NCBI RefSeq assembly: GCF_006345805.1
Contig: NC_043002.1
Coordinates: forward strand, 6,882,001 to 6,946,000
Source: Octopus sinensis
Lineage: Eukaryota
Reading direction: 5' to 3'
Length of the DNA stretch: 64,000 nucleotides
The translations under genes and the position numbers were made by a program. The notes below the pieces were generated by a model. The model did not search any database, was not told where the DNA came from, and saw only the letters and a list, made by a program, of their open reading frames with translations. Below are positions 24,728 through 37,769 of the stretch, piece after piece (the stretch's first letter is position 1; every line of letters starts with the position of its first letter).

Positions 24728-25454
24728 TATTTTAACGCTGTTTTTATTGCGCACCCAAGATTCTATGGAGTCCGATGTTTGACTGAAATGTTAATGAATG
24801 GATTATTCATTGTTACCCATATAATGGGGGGAAAGATTTTGTCTAGGCACGTGACTAGCGAGTATATGTCATTGACATAAAATCAATACGGCTAAAATGC
24901 GTCGAGTATTCCCGTGGGTAAGGGAAGTTTGGTTGGAAATCGATATATAGATTATGTATGCAGCATCAGACGAATTCGCGAAGCTTCAAACAGTGATTCC
25001 TCCTCGCGAGAAATATAAGAACCAGCCGGCATGCGGGTGTTGAAAAGTCAAATCTCATCACCATTGTACGCTTGTTTTACTGTGTTGCCTCTTTTAGCAA
25101 TCATTTTGTTCAGCTCTTCTTAGTAATCAGCAGTGATAACACAGATTAAAATTACATTTTTATGTTCAAATCAAGAAGGTTTTTTTAAACTTTTCAAACC
25201 AGCCATTATTAACCAGAAAAAACATTTATATAAATCAGAAATACTAAATTTCTAAATCTCTCGTAGAGACATGTACGGTGGTGGGGCGATAGAATGGTTG
25301 TATACTGTCAATCTAACACGAACGTGACAGTAGGGGGTACACCACCGCTGTTTAGCCCAGGAAGCATCGACGTCTGATGGCTTTGACACATTTTTCTGTG
25401 TCCTTATATACATTTACGAAGGGGAGACAAATACCCCCAGCCGCCCGGGCTGCA

Positions 25455-25499
25455 TCTAGCGACACGTGTTTCAGGATGATTGTCCTTCGTCGGCCTAGA
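25455..25499 (-). ncRNA. Minimal type I hammerhead motif (family H3)
   Basis: Minus strand TCTAGG CCGACGA AGGA-caatca-TCCT GAAAC ACGT GTC GCTAGA: palindromic stem III loop, GUC site, one core deviation (U4C). Confidence 0.7.
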
Positions 25500-26929
25500 C
25501 TAGCAGACACCGGTCAGCTGATGATATCTGTCTCGACTCGCAATGTATATATCTAAATTTCAGTGAAGTCTATTTATATAAAAAAATTACATAATCCTCT
25601 TCAAATCTTAATAAACTTTGACTGTATGTATTCCCACCACTTCAGTTGTCATCTGTTCGCTTGGCATCCGTTCTGTATTCAGAATCATATGAGATCTATG
25701 AATAAACAATATCAGAACAGTTAACGAAACAGCTGCTTCAATATTTAGTATTTATTGTTACGTATTGTTCCCACATTCGACGCTATCAAGTCGAATGTTC
25801 TAGCAATATGGCTAAGCTTTTCTCTCTCATCAAATCATTGTAAAACATCAATTTCATCGTCTCATTTATGACTACTTTTTACACAGTAATCTTCATTTCA
25901 ATTGGTGGTGGCTTTTGGTTAAGCTGAATAAAGATTAGGCATTATACTAAATCTGAATGAAGTAGCGGTGACGATAAAAAAGAAAATACTAAAACTGTAA
26001 AACAGAATTCAAGGAGAGTAGAATTTGTTCGAAGTCGGCAGCCCCAGCCCACAAAATTAACAAAAAAAACTGAGAATTAATTGCTTCGGTTGGAAGAATG
26101 GAAATGACAAAATGAAAGGGGTGAAGGAATGGTGAGAGGTATATGATTTACTGTATGATTAAAATTAGTAGCAAAGCACAAATCAGTTGAATTCTTGAAC
26201 TAAAAACACAAAATGTAGGACGATTTGCGTTGATGCTGTTAAAAAAGAACGCTCTATTAAAAATGAAGGTCAGTTGAATTGGAGCACACGGAATCAAGGT
26301 GGGGCGGAAAATGCGAGTATGACCTTGCAAACTTATTGCTGGTAACATTGCATTGGTATACTATATCATTGTCTGAACATTTGTGGTGTCTTCGCTTCTA
26401 CCTATATTTCCAAACAACGACCACTAAACTTTCGCTTCAGTGGCTTTCGCTCCACATTTTTCCATACTCCCCATCTCAACCTCTTCGCTCTTTCAGTTGT
26501 TCATTTACTCTAGATTATTGCATTTTAGACACTGTAACCATGACTCAGAGTCATAGGTTTTAGTATTTTCCTTTTGAGACTGGTGAGTTTTTTCCTATCC
26601 TATAATGACATATGTGTGCGTGTATGTTTTACTATCTGTCTGTTTCCTTTATGTTGATATATGAATTTATTCCATTCATTTTTCTGTTCAATAGGACTAT
26701 TTAACGAAAGCTCTCCAATACAAAAATCATTCCCAAATATTTAAATTATCTCTTTTATTCCAGAACTTTCTATTTTATACTAATTGTATATTTATTGTTC
26801 ATTCATTTCAGAAGGTTCGATTGCGAAACAGATCAACCAACTGTCACAAGTCGTTTAATAAATAACATTTTATTCTCTGCGGTTGATTCTGTCTTGTATC
26901 ATTTATTTCCTTGTGGGTTATATTTAATA

Positions 26930-26963
<34 letters not shown>

Positions 26964-27024
26964 ACAGACACACACACACACACATGTACATACATACATA
27001 CATACACACATATACATATATACG

Positions 27025-27090
<66 letters not shown>

Positions 27091-27109
27091 CATACACACA
27101 CATACATAT

Positions 27110-27140
<31 letters not shown>

Positions 27141-27190
27141 CATACATACATACATACAAACATACATACATATATACATACATACATAGA
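26930..27190. repeat. (CA)n(CATA)n microsatellite
   Basis: Read directly. Confidence 0.95.
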
Positions 27191-27280
27191 GAGCGAGAGA
27201 AGGCTAGTTATTAACTAACAACCATTCACATATAAAACACATAAGACAGTAGAAGTCATCGCGAATATATGTGTGTTTGT

Positions 27281-27692
27281 AAGGCGGCGAGCTGGCAGAA
27301 ACGTTAGCACACCGGGCGAAATGCTTAGCGGTATTTCGTCTGCCGCTACGTTCTGAGTTCAAATTCCGCCGAAGTCGACTTTGCCTTTCGTCCTTTCGGG
27401 GTCGATAAATTAAGTACCAGTTACGCACTGGGGTCGATATAATCGACTTAATCCGTTTGTCTGTCCTTGTTTGTCCTCTCTGTGTTCAGCCCCTTGTGGG
27501 TAGTAAAGAAATAGGTATTTCGTCTGCCGTTACGTTCTGAGTTCAAATTCTGTCGAGGTCGACTATGCCTTTCATCCTTTCGGGGCCGATAAATTAAGTA
27601 CCAGTTCACTGGGGTCGATATAATCGACTTAATCCGTCTGTCTATCCTTGCTTGTCCTCTCTGTGTTTAGTCCCTTGTGGGTGGTAAAGAAA
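27281..27692 (+). mobile_element. SINE family C dimer
   Basis: Core anchors at 27377 and 27561 (184 bp apart). Confidence 0.92.
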
Positions 27693-28212
27693 TATATATG
27701 TGTGTTTGCGTGGGGGTGAGGGAGAGAGAGAGAGAGTGAGAGAGAGAGAGAGACAAAGACAGACAGACAGGCACACTGATCATTTACTTCGCCTCATATT
27801 ATGGAAGCTACTGCAAGCTACATTTCCGAGCAATACTTCCTTTTATGAGAGGAACTACATTTTCTAGTGTGCCTTTACGTCTTTATTAAAAACAACAAAG
27901 TGTGATTTGAAACTTATTTGGCTCTTATTTCTAGCAGATTGAGCAACTGTTATGGATCTTATAGAATTCATATGAAGCGTCAAAAACTTATCTGCATACT
28001 TGTATTCGAATGGTAATGAATGAGATTGCAGGCTCACGCATATTTATATTTGCGTTTGTGCACTGAAATATAAGGGAGAATAATAAACAGAATGGTGTGG
28101 GTAAAGGAAGAAATACACTTGAAATAAACGAAATAATGAAGAAAAACAGTGAAGAGTACAACAGATTAAAAGACTCTGAAGTGTATAAGATATACACATA
28201 TATATATATATA

Positions 28213-28610
28213 TAGTATATAAAAGGGAGGTTGTGTGCTGTCTGTCTCCTACGATTTAGTTTCCTAACTACTCCCACATTTTGCGATGCAGTTTAACCAA
28301 AACCGGGTATCTTATAGTCGTGATTCATATCGAGCCCTTCTGGGTATTCGCGCGCGTCTACGATGAGTCTACGATTTTTAAAAAATTTACCATCATTTTT
28401 ATCCATTTTAATGCATTTTTCGCTATTATATAAGGGAGGTAACACTCTAAAAATGTCTACGATGTGTCAACGATTAAAAAAAAAAAATTACCATCATTTT
28501 TTTCCCATTTTTAATGCATTTTTTTGCTATTTTTTGGCTATAACTCTCTAAAAATGCTTATATAGTTATTTCCCTTTCAAACCCGAGCAACGCCGGGCGA
28601 TACTGCTATA
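28213..28610 (+). mobile_element. Non-autonomous Helitron-like element
   Basis: 5' tatataaaagggaggttgtgtgctgtctgtc; 3' GC-rich hairpin cccgagcaacgccggg (28582-28597) about 10 bp before a decayed CTAG-like end; internal ~50-bp duplication. Confidence 0.65.
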
Positions 28611-29421
28611 ATGTTATATAACAAAAGTGGTGGACGGAGAAAATGAGTTAACAAAATAGAGAAAGTAAGATGAGAATGTGAACTGTGTGTAGGGGGAGGA
28701 AAGTAAGAGACGAAGATAGGGAGTGAGAGGGAGAGAGAGAGAGAGAGGAAGAAGAGAGAGAAGGGAGAGAGAGGGAGAGAGAGACACCATAACTGAAATA
28801 AGTGTCTGCTTATTTCCCACCGAATTCTTGCAGTCTTCCACACCTCTGTTCTATCCTCACTGTTCTATCATCCCCACCACAAAGCTAAACCGTTTTCGTT
28901 AATCAAGCGATAATTTCAATAACGGCGTTCTTTGAGAAAGTTTCCTAGATGTTTCTGCCGAAGACAGAAAAGTATTTTACCATCTGTGAATATCTGAAAG
29001 AGCCGCCAGTTGGACGGCGCTTCTTCTTTTGCTTAATCGTAATTTTCTTGTTCGTGCTACAAACACACACAACCGCGCGCGCGCGCGCATATGTTGCAAT
29101 TAAATATTCTTCTTGCAAATTCTCTCTCTCTCTACACCACCACTCATTACACTCATGTTGTCAGCATTTCTGTCTGCAAGACTGTTTGTCTGTCTGTCTG
29201 CCTGTTTCTCCCTCTGTCTCTGTCTGTCGTCTGTCTCTCTCTCTTTCTCCCCACGTAAATATCTATCAACATACTTATTTATACACATACAAGAACACGC
29301 ACAAGCATAACACGGTTCTAAATAAAACTTGTCTGTCTGCTTACCTTCAACAATTCTTGTGTTTTTCCCTGTACATCCACTGTGACAGTCAAACCATCCA
29401 TTCTTTCCTCTATCTATCAAA

Positions 29422-29509
<88 letters not shown>

Positions 29510-29524
29510 TTAATACAGAGAGTT

Positions 29525-29938
29525 ACTTATTTAGCTTGCTAACCAACCACATAGTTCTGGGTTCAGTCCCACTGCGTGGCATCTTGGGCAAGTGTCTTTT
29601 GCTATAGCCCCGGGCCGACCAAAGCCTTGTGAGTGGATTTGGTAGACGGAAACTGAAAGAAGCCTGTCGTATATATGTATATATATATATAATATTATAT
29701 ATATATATATATATGTGTGTGTGTTTGTGTGTCTGTGTTTGTGTTTGTCCCTCTAGCATTGCTTGACAACTGATGCTGGTGTGTTTTCGTCCCCGTCACT
29801 TAGCGGTTCGGCAAAAGAGACTGATAGAAGAGACAAAAGAAGTACTAGGCTTACAAAGAATAAGTCCCAGGGTCGATTTGCTCGACTAAAGGCGGTGCTC
29901 CAGCATGGCCGCAGTCAAATGACTGAAACAAGTAAAAA
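29525..29938 (+). mobile_element. SINE family A
   Basis: Forward copy; tail gcggtgctccagcatggccgcagtcaaatgactgaaacaagtaaaa. Confidence 0.92.
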
Positions 29939-30187
29939 ACAAATTTGACGTAATTGCCCGAGGTTACTGTGGTCTTTTCGTAGGTTTTTCTTTCCACAGA
30001 TAAACCTCCCCATCTCTTGGGAACTTTTTGAACTCTTTCGACATTTTTTGCATATATTCCCAACGATTTCGATCCATTTTGATAGTTGTCCCTTTTTTTC
30101 CGCCCCCTCGAAAAGAAAAAAACTCTACATTGTAATAGTCCCCTCTATGTTTAGCCCTGTGTGGCCAATAAAGAAATTATCTATCTA

Positions 30188-30417
30188 TCTATTTCTTTAC
30201 TACCCACAAGGGGCTAAACACAGAGGGGACAAACAAGGACAGACAAACGGATTAAGTCGATTACATGGAACCCAGTTCCTGGTACTTAATTTATCGACCC
30301 CGAAAGGATGAAAGACAAAGTCGACCTCGGCGGAATTTGAACTCAGAACGCAGCGGCGGACGAAATATCGCAAAGCATTTCGCCCGGCGTGCTAACGTTT
30401 CTGCCAGCTCGCCGCCT

Positions 30418-30418
<1 letters not shown>
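30188..30418 (-). mobile_element. SINE family C monomer inserted in (CTAT)n
   Basis: Full head, core and tail; CTAT repeats on both sides. Confidence 0.9.
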
Positions 30419-30471
<53 letters not shown>

Positions 30472-31904
30472 CCTACATATGGTTACCTATTGAAGTAGAA
30501 ACACATGTCCACGACTGTCCTCTTATCTCCAGACAATAAGCTTTGTCCTTTTACTTAATATTATGTCAACTCCGAGGAATACTTAATTCTTCAGATTATC
30601 TCCCTTTTTTGTATATGGTGCAGTTTCTTAATTGTCGTTTAGTAATTGTGACACACCCTTCAGAATTGGAGACAATTCTAATAAATCAACAATTTATATT
30701 GTATGATTTACTATAACTGCATTTAGCTATGTTGTTCGTATAATGTGCCGCAGGCCACTCTGAGTTATTTTTTAAGCTCATTCTTGTTTATATACATATT
30801 ATTTCGCATGGCTGACTGTATATCTCTGCTTTGCAGGACTCGTTAACATCTTTGAATTTTACTTTTGAACGTAACATTCCCTTTATTTTATTATCCATTG
30901 TCTGTTCTTATACCTGTATTTGTATATATATATCCTCACAGTCTGTTATTCCAGCACTCGATCATTCCAGCCCTAGAATTTTTGAGAATATTACTTCTTT
31001 TATTGAACAGTATTTATTGAATCACTGTCATAGGTGTGAGTGTGTGTGTGTGTGTGTGTGCTGGCTGGTTGCCTGTATGGTGATTAACCATGCATACGTA
31101 CATACATACATATATACATACATACATACATACATATATACATACATACATACATACATGCATACATACATACATACATACATGCATACATACATGCATA
31201 CATACATGCATACATACGTGCATACATACATACATACATGCATGCATGCATACATACATACATATACATATATACATACATAACCACCCACACGCTCAAA
31301 ATATTTGAAACAACTCAGCTATATTTTCGGCTTCCGAAAAGCAATTTTGAATAACTTAAGCTGAACTCCTGTTGTGCTGAGAACTAACTTGTTAGCTCAG
31401 ACGCTTCTGACTAACATGCAAAAACAGAACGAACATAAAGGATAAAGGAGGAACAAGAAGGCGTGGGGAGACCGTATTACATCCACAGAGACATAAAGCA
31501 GAAATGAAGGGGGGACAAAAAGTCGAAGACGAAGTGAAAGCAAAACGGGGTATAAAACAAGAAGAACAACAACGTAAAGAGTAAGAGGAAAATGATAAAG
31601 GGCATGAAAAGAAAAATGAAGTAGAAAGCCCTAATTTAGGTGCCAGGCTATCACTTTGCCGGTGCATTCGATCATATTGTCTCCAGCTGTTCAGTGGTTG
31701 TTTTTTACAGATCCGCGTAGAATTTAAAACTTAGACATACAAGGAGATTATTGAGAGTTACGAAGAATTTTACCAGTGTTCTAATATGCTATTTTCACTA
31801 CTCATTTAAATTCAAACATTTTTGGGAGGCAGGTGTGTGAATATAGTTCATAATATGGACACCTGTATTTATTTGTGAAATCTAGAAATATTAATCAGTT
31901 AATA

Positions 31905-32196
31905 ATCACCGTGATCACCGTGCCCGACCAGGTTATCAGATGTTGCTACACATCGCTGGTCACAATGCGCTTCGCATTGTTTTAACCTTCAAATGATGCC
32001 ACCCCGCTGGTTAAGCGAATAGGCCAACAGAAGAAAGAGTGAGAGAGTACAGCAGGGATCCCCCCCTATCGGAGCCTAGTGGAGATTTTGGTGTTTTCGC
32101 TCAATAAACACTCACAACGCCCGGTCTGGGGGAATCGAGACCGCGATCCTACAACCGCGAGTCCGCTGCCCTAACCACTGGGCCATTGCGCCTCCA
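31905..32196 (-). mobile_element. SINE family B, short-tail variant
   Basis: Reverse complement of the 17418 copy. Confidence 0.88.
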
Positions 32197-32542
32197 CCAG
32201 TTAATAATATTATTCTAATAATTATCTTCACCACATGTTTTATTCTAATTCAACCTTTGTTTCTCCATTCCTTGAATATTCTGACACCCACATGGAAATG
32301 CAATAAAATATCGCATTGAACATAGCGTGATTTAAATTCCATGATAGAGACACCAAACTGGAAACCCCGAATTGCAACACTAGTATTTCATTTCTTTTCT
32401 TTTCTTTCACGCAAACATGCATTCATACAAATATATCTCTCACTTGAGCCAATGTCCAAATTACGTTGGCGAAAGTTTGTTGACTTCACATCATCGTTTT
32501 ACCTGCAATTTAGTGTTATTAAGGAATGTTATTCGTTTCCGT

Positions 32543-32915
32543 GGAGGCGCAATGGCCCAGTGGTTAGGGCAGCGGACTCGCGGTCGTAGGATCGCGGTTT
32601 CGATTCCCAGTTGTGAGTGTTTATTGAGCGAAAACACCTAAAGCTCCACGAGGCTCCGGCAGGGGATGGTGGTGATCCCTGCTGTACTCTTTCACCACAA
32701 CTTTCTCTCACTCTTACTTCCTGTTTCTGTTGTACCTGTATTTCAAAGGGCTGGCCGTGTCACTCTCTGTGTCACTCTGAATATCCCCGAGAACTACGTT
32801 AAGGGTGCACGTGTCTGTGGAGTGCTCAGCCACTTACACGTTAATTTCACGAGCAGGCTGTTCCGTTGATTCGGATCAACCAGAACCCTCGTCGTCGTAA
32901 CCGACGGAGTGCTTC
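32543..32915 (+). mobile_element. SINE family B, long-tail variant, with TSD
   Basis: 11-bp TSD tattcgtttcc at 32530-32540 and 32916-32926. Confidence 0.94.
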
Positions 32916-33629
32916 TATTCGTTTCCATAGGAAATACTACCACTTTTTTACTGGTCAATCAACAAGGGATGATTACAAACGAATTAGCTCATAAATTCGA
33001 TATTGATACAGAGACACTAAGGTATGTTTATTGATCTTAGAGAAGTTGACGTTGGAAAAGGATAATTTTAATTTATTGACCGACGATTGGTATGACGAGA
33101 GTAATGTTGATGATAGAGGAGTAACAGGTAGTTATATCGAACTCGAAGCGATTAATGTTATGCTTATTTTTTTCGATGTAGCTGCGAAATGACCCCATTC
33201 GTATTAATAAGACATTTGCCATACTTCTCGTCGTCAGTACGATCGACAATGTTTCTAATGAAATAAAGGGAACTTATCAGCCTTTACCTGCAGCATAATA
33301 TCAAGGCGATTTCCCAGAATCGAAAGACGCTTTCATCGAAACAACAGATACTGTACATGGAAAGAGATAGAGAATCAAGTAAAAAAATAAATAGAAACTA
33401 GGGCAATTGATAAATGTTTATTTGATAGATGTTTATTTTATCCATTTCAGATGGAGAAAAGAAACTTTACATTAGCGAGATTAGAACTCAATCCACCAGC
33501 CAACGTCCTCTCAACGATTAGCCAGAGATGAATTTTAAAATGAGAATATCTGAAATAAACACGACTCCTCTCACAAACGAAAATATTAAAGATGAATCCG
33601 ACCCCTCTCAAAAATTAAGTTTAAAAACC

Positions 33630-34050
33630 GGAAAAATAATCCAGAATATTTGTCTGGTACCTGATCGATCCGAATGGTAGTCATGGAATGTGAAGATGGT
33701 TATAGAACATTTAGTAACAGTAATAAATAGTTTATTCTTATCTAATATAAGCCAAAGTTAACAAATCCATCATTCAAAATAGTAACAACCTGAAAGGGAG
33801 ATAATTGAGAAAGACTTGAAAGTTAACGTAAGATCGTCATCAAGTAAAGAAAAGTAAATATAATAAATAATTCAGAATCCTTGTCTGCTACCGGATCGAT
33901 TCCAAAATCTAATCAGTTCTTGCCAGTTACAAGGCCAAACATCCCTGGAAGTTTCATCCGAATCCATCCTGCGGTTCTTGAGATATCTTGTCCACGGATA
34001 AGCAAATAAGCAAACGCAAAGGTAACAACACCTCTGCATTGGCGAAAACA
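33630..34050. mobile_element. Possible decayed Helentron-associated (HINE-like) element
   Basis: Two related aataatccagaat...gatcgat units, caaaatctaatcagttc, and a terminal aacacctctgcattggcg. Recognition by eye only. Confidence 0.4.
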
Positions 34051-34069
34051 GAGGTATAAAAATAAATAA

Positions 34070-34076
34070 ATAATAA

Positions 34077-34115
<39 letters not shown>

Positions 34116-34163
34116 ATGAATGAATGAATGAATGAATAAAAAATAATAATAATAATTATTATT

Positions 34164-34194
<31 letters not shown>

Positions 34195-34221
34195 TGATGA
34201 TGATGATGATGATGATGATAA

Positions 34222-34268
<47 letters not shown>

Positions 34269-34446
34269 TGATGATGATGATGATGATGATGATCAAAATA
34301 ATATAATAATTAATAATATAATAATAATAATAATAATAATGATGATGATGATGATGATTATGATGATCAAAATAATAATAATAATAATATAATAATAATA
34401 ATAATATAATAATAATGATGATGATGATGATGATGATGATGATCAA

Positions 34447-34496
<50 letters not shown>

Positions 34497-34567
34497 TGAT
34501 GATGATGATGATGATGATGATCAAAATAATAATAATAATAATAATATAATAATAATAAATAATAATA

Positions 34568-34605
<38 letters not shown>

Positions 34606-34865
34606 TGATCAAAATAATATAATAATAATAATGATGATAATAATAATAATAATAATAAATAATAATAATAATAATATATAATGATGATGATGATGATGAT
34701 GATGATGATCAAAATAATAATAAAATATAATAATAATAATAATAATAAATAATATAATGATGATGATGATGATGATGATGATGATCAAAATAATAATAAT
34801 AATAATAATATAATAATAATAATAATAATAATAATGATGATGATGATGATGATGATGATGATCAA

Positions 34866-34908
<43 letters not shown>

Positions 34909-34910
34909 TA

Positions 34911-34948
<38 letters not shown>

Positions 34949-34976
34949 CAAAATAATAATAATAATAATAATGATG

Positions 34977-35012
<36 letters not shown>

Positions 35013-35136
35013 TAATATAATAATAATAATGATGATGATGATGATGATGATGATGATCAAAATAATAATAATATAATAATAATAATATAATAATAATAAT
35101 ATATATGATGATGATGATGATGATGATGATGATCAA

Positions 35137-35170
<34 letters not shown>

Positions 35171-35212
35171 TAAAATAATAATGATGATGATGATGATGAT
35201 GATGATGATCAA

Positions 35213-35248
<36 letters not shown>

Positions 35249-35378
35249 TAATATAATAATGATGATGAATGATGATGAGATGATGATGATGATGATCAAA
35301 ATATAATATATAATAATAATATGATGATATAATAATAATAATAATAATAATATATAAAATAATATAATAATAATAATA
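34070..35378. repeat. Higher-order (AAT)n-(GAT)n-CAAA minisatellite preceded by (AAAT)n(GAAT)n
   Basis: 13 gatcaaaa anchors between 34291 and about 35294, mostly 73-88 bp apart. Confidence 0.95.
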
Positions 35379-35379
35379 A

Positions 35380-35597
35380 GAATAATGTGTTCAAATTTTG
35401 GCACAAGGCCAGAAATTTGGGGAGAGGTTAAGTCGACCACATTTAACCCAGTGCTGAACTAGTACTTACTTTACCGACCCTGAAAGTGTGAGAGGCAGAA
35501 TCGACCTTCGCCGAGTTTGAATTTTTAACATAAAGACGGACGTAATGTCGGTAAACATTTTGTCCGCCGTTCAAACTATTGTGCCAGCTCTCCGCTA
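35380..35597 (-). mobile_element. SINE family C, old diverged copy
   Basis: Decayed core and the aaattttggcac tail abutting (AAT)n. Confidence 0.7.
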
Positions 35598-35600
35598 TTA

Positions 35601-35667
<67 letters not shown>

Positions 35668-36234
35668 TACAGCAATAATATACGGATAAGAAGTGAATAA
35701 TAGTGGTGAATGTGCGAGAAACTCGAAAGGATCGGAGATGTATAGAGTATATATTTTCCTGCAAAGATGATGGGAAATTGAAAGATATTTTGCCTTTAAG
35801 AGAGATATTTTGGTCAACGAGAAAAGCAGAATTCCTGTATGTTAAAGCAGCTATAGATATAATATACCGACAAAACTGTTTGATATGGGTCTTGTTCTGC
35901 ATCATTAACTCGCGCAGATCTTTTTCAAGCTGGAAGAGTCGGAAGAAGCGACCAATAATCTTGTAGCAATCTCTCCTCTTTAACATACGGCCGACATGTT
36001 TTACTATTCCTTCTGCAACATACCTCTCTGTCTTTCTCTTTCTCTTTCTATCTGTTTCTTTCTCTGTCTCTGACTCCCTTCCTGTGCGTCTCCCCCTCCC
36101 CCACCCCCCACCTTCCTTCTTCCTTACACTTTTATACTCTGCTTCTATTTTGCTTACTATAGTCTCTCCTTCTATTCGTTCCTTTTACATTTCCTAAACG
36201 TATACATACATAAAGGTCTGTGCGTATATGATAT

Positions 36235-36285
36235 GTGTGTGTGTGTGTATGTGTATGTATGTATGTATGTATGTATGTATATATA

Positions 36286-36337
<52 letters not shown>

Positions 36338-36558
36338 GATAGATAGATAGACAGATAGAAAGATAAATAGATAGATAAATGGATAGACACATAGAGAGAC
36401 AGATAGATAAATAGATAGATAAATAGTTAGATAGATAGATAGATAGATAGAAGAAAAGATGGATAGATAGATAGATAGATAGATAGATAGACAGACAGAT
36501 AGATAGATAAATTGATAGACAGATAAATAGATAGATAGACAGACAGATAGATAAATAA

Positions 36559-36631
<73 letters not shown>

Positions 36632-36633
36632 GT

Positions 36634-36683
<50 letters not shown>

Positions 36684-36690
36684 TAGATAC
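36235..36690. repeat. (TATG)n(TA)n(GATA)n(GACA)n block
   Basis: Read directly. Confidence 0.95.
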
Positions 36691-36842
36691 TAGATGTATT
36701 AATCTTCTGAAAAGTTACGAAAGAGAATTATTTGTCTAGTTTTGATAGGCACGTGAATCATGGCGTTTCAGAAACTTAAAGTTTGATAAGCATCATGCGC
36801 TAAAGTCACTCTTAAGTCACTTTTGTGGCCTGTCAAATGAGC

Positions 36843-36990
36843 CTCTTTTATTCTTTTACGTGTTTCAGTCTATTGACTGCGGCCATGCTGGAGCACCACC
36901 AAGTTGTTAGTCCAACAAATCATTCTTTGCAAGCCCAGTGCTTATGCTATCGGTCTTTTGCCGAGTCGCCAAGTTACGGGGACGTAAACT
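36843..36990 (-). mobile_element. SINE family A, 3' fragment
   Basis: gactgcggccatgctggagcacc...aagttacggggacgtaaac. Confidence 0.8.
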
Positions 36991-37693
36991 TACCACACAA
37001 CCATGCCTGCACCTACATATATATATATATATATATATACGCACATAAAGTACAGGGTATCCCCAACAAGTGAAAAATATGTAAACACACGAGAGATATG
37101 TGCTTTTAACGACAAGATAGGAAAATTTCATAACACAGTAGCATCCAGAAATTTTTAAAATATAAAATTTGTGATGAGTTAGAGCTTCGAACGAACACAC
37201 AACAACAGAGTGGACTTCGAAAGTAAACTATCGACGAAGAGAAATATTAAGGGCCGTTAGGCCAAAACGAATTGTAATGGGTAACGCCCGGGAGAAATTT
37301 TTAAAGGAGAATATAATAAATAGGAGAGAAGAAAATAGTAGAAGATAAATAATCTCAGGAGGCGAGAGAAATGACGTCCAGCGCGATCGACGTCTTGTCC
37401 AGAAGAGATAAGGTCGAGAGAAATAGCTTGTAGTCACATGTAAACAACATGTAGAGGGGAAGGGAGACAAAAAAGGAGATGAGCGGGAACAACTGATGAA
37501 GGGAATGTTCTTTATGTTGCATGTCTCGTTTCTCTGTTTTTTGTTCGTTGTTCGAAAAAAGTTCGTTTTCTATGTTTTTGATTTTTAGGTTCTCGTTTCT
37601 CATTCTGTCTACGTTTTATTGATGCCCTGTACCCATATATGCATGTATATATACATACATATATATGTAGATATGTACATATATATGTAGTAT

Positions 37694-37734
<41 letters not shown>

Positions 37735-37735
37735 G

Positions 37736-37769
<34 letters not shown>

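Noticed and set aside
26529-26582. 54-nt segment bounded by TTTTAG and GTGAGT
   Set aside because: Stops occur in all three phases and nothing else supports an exon.
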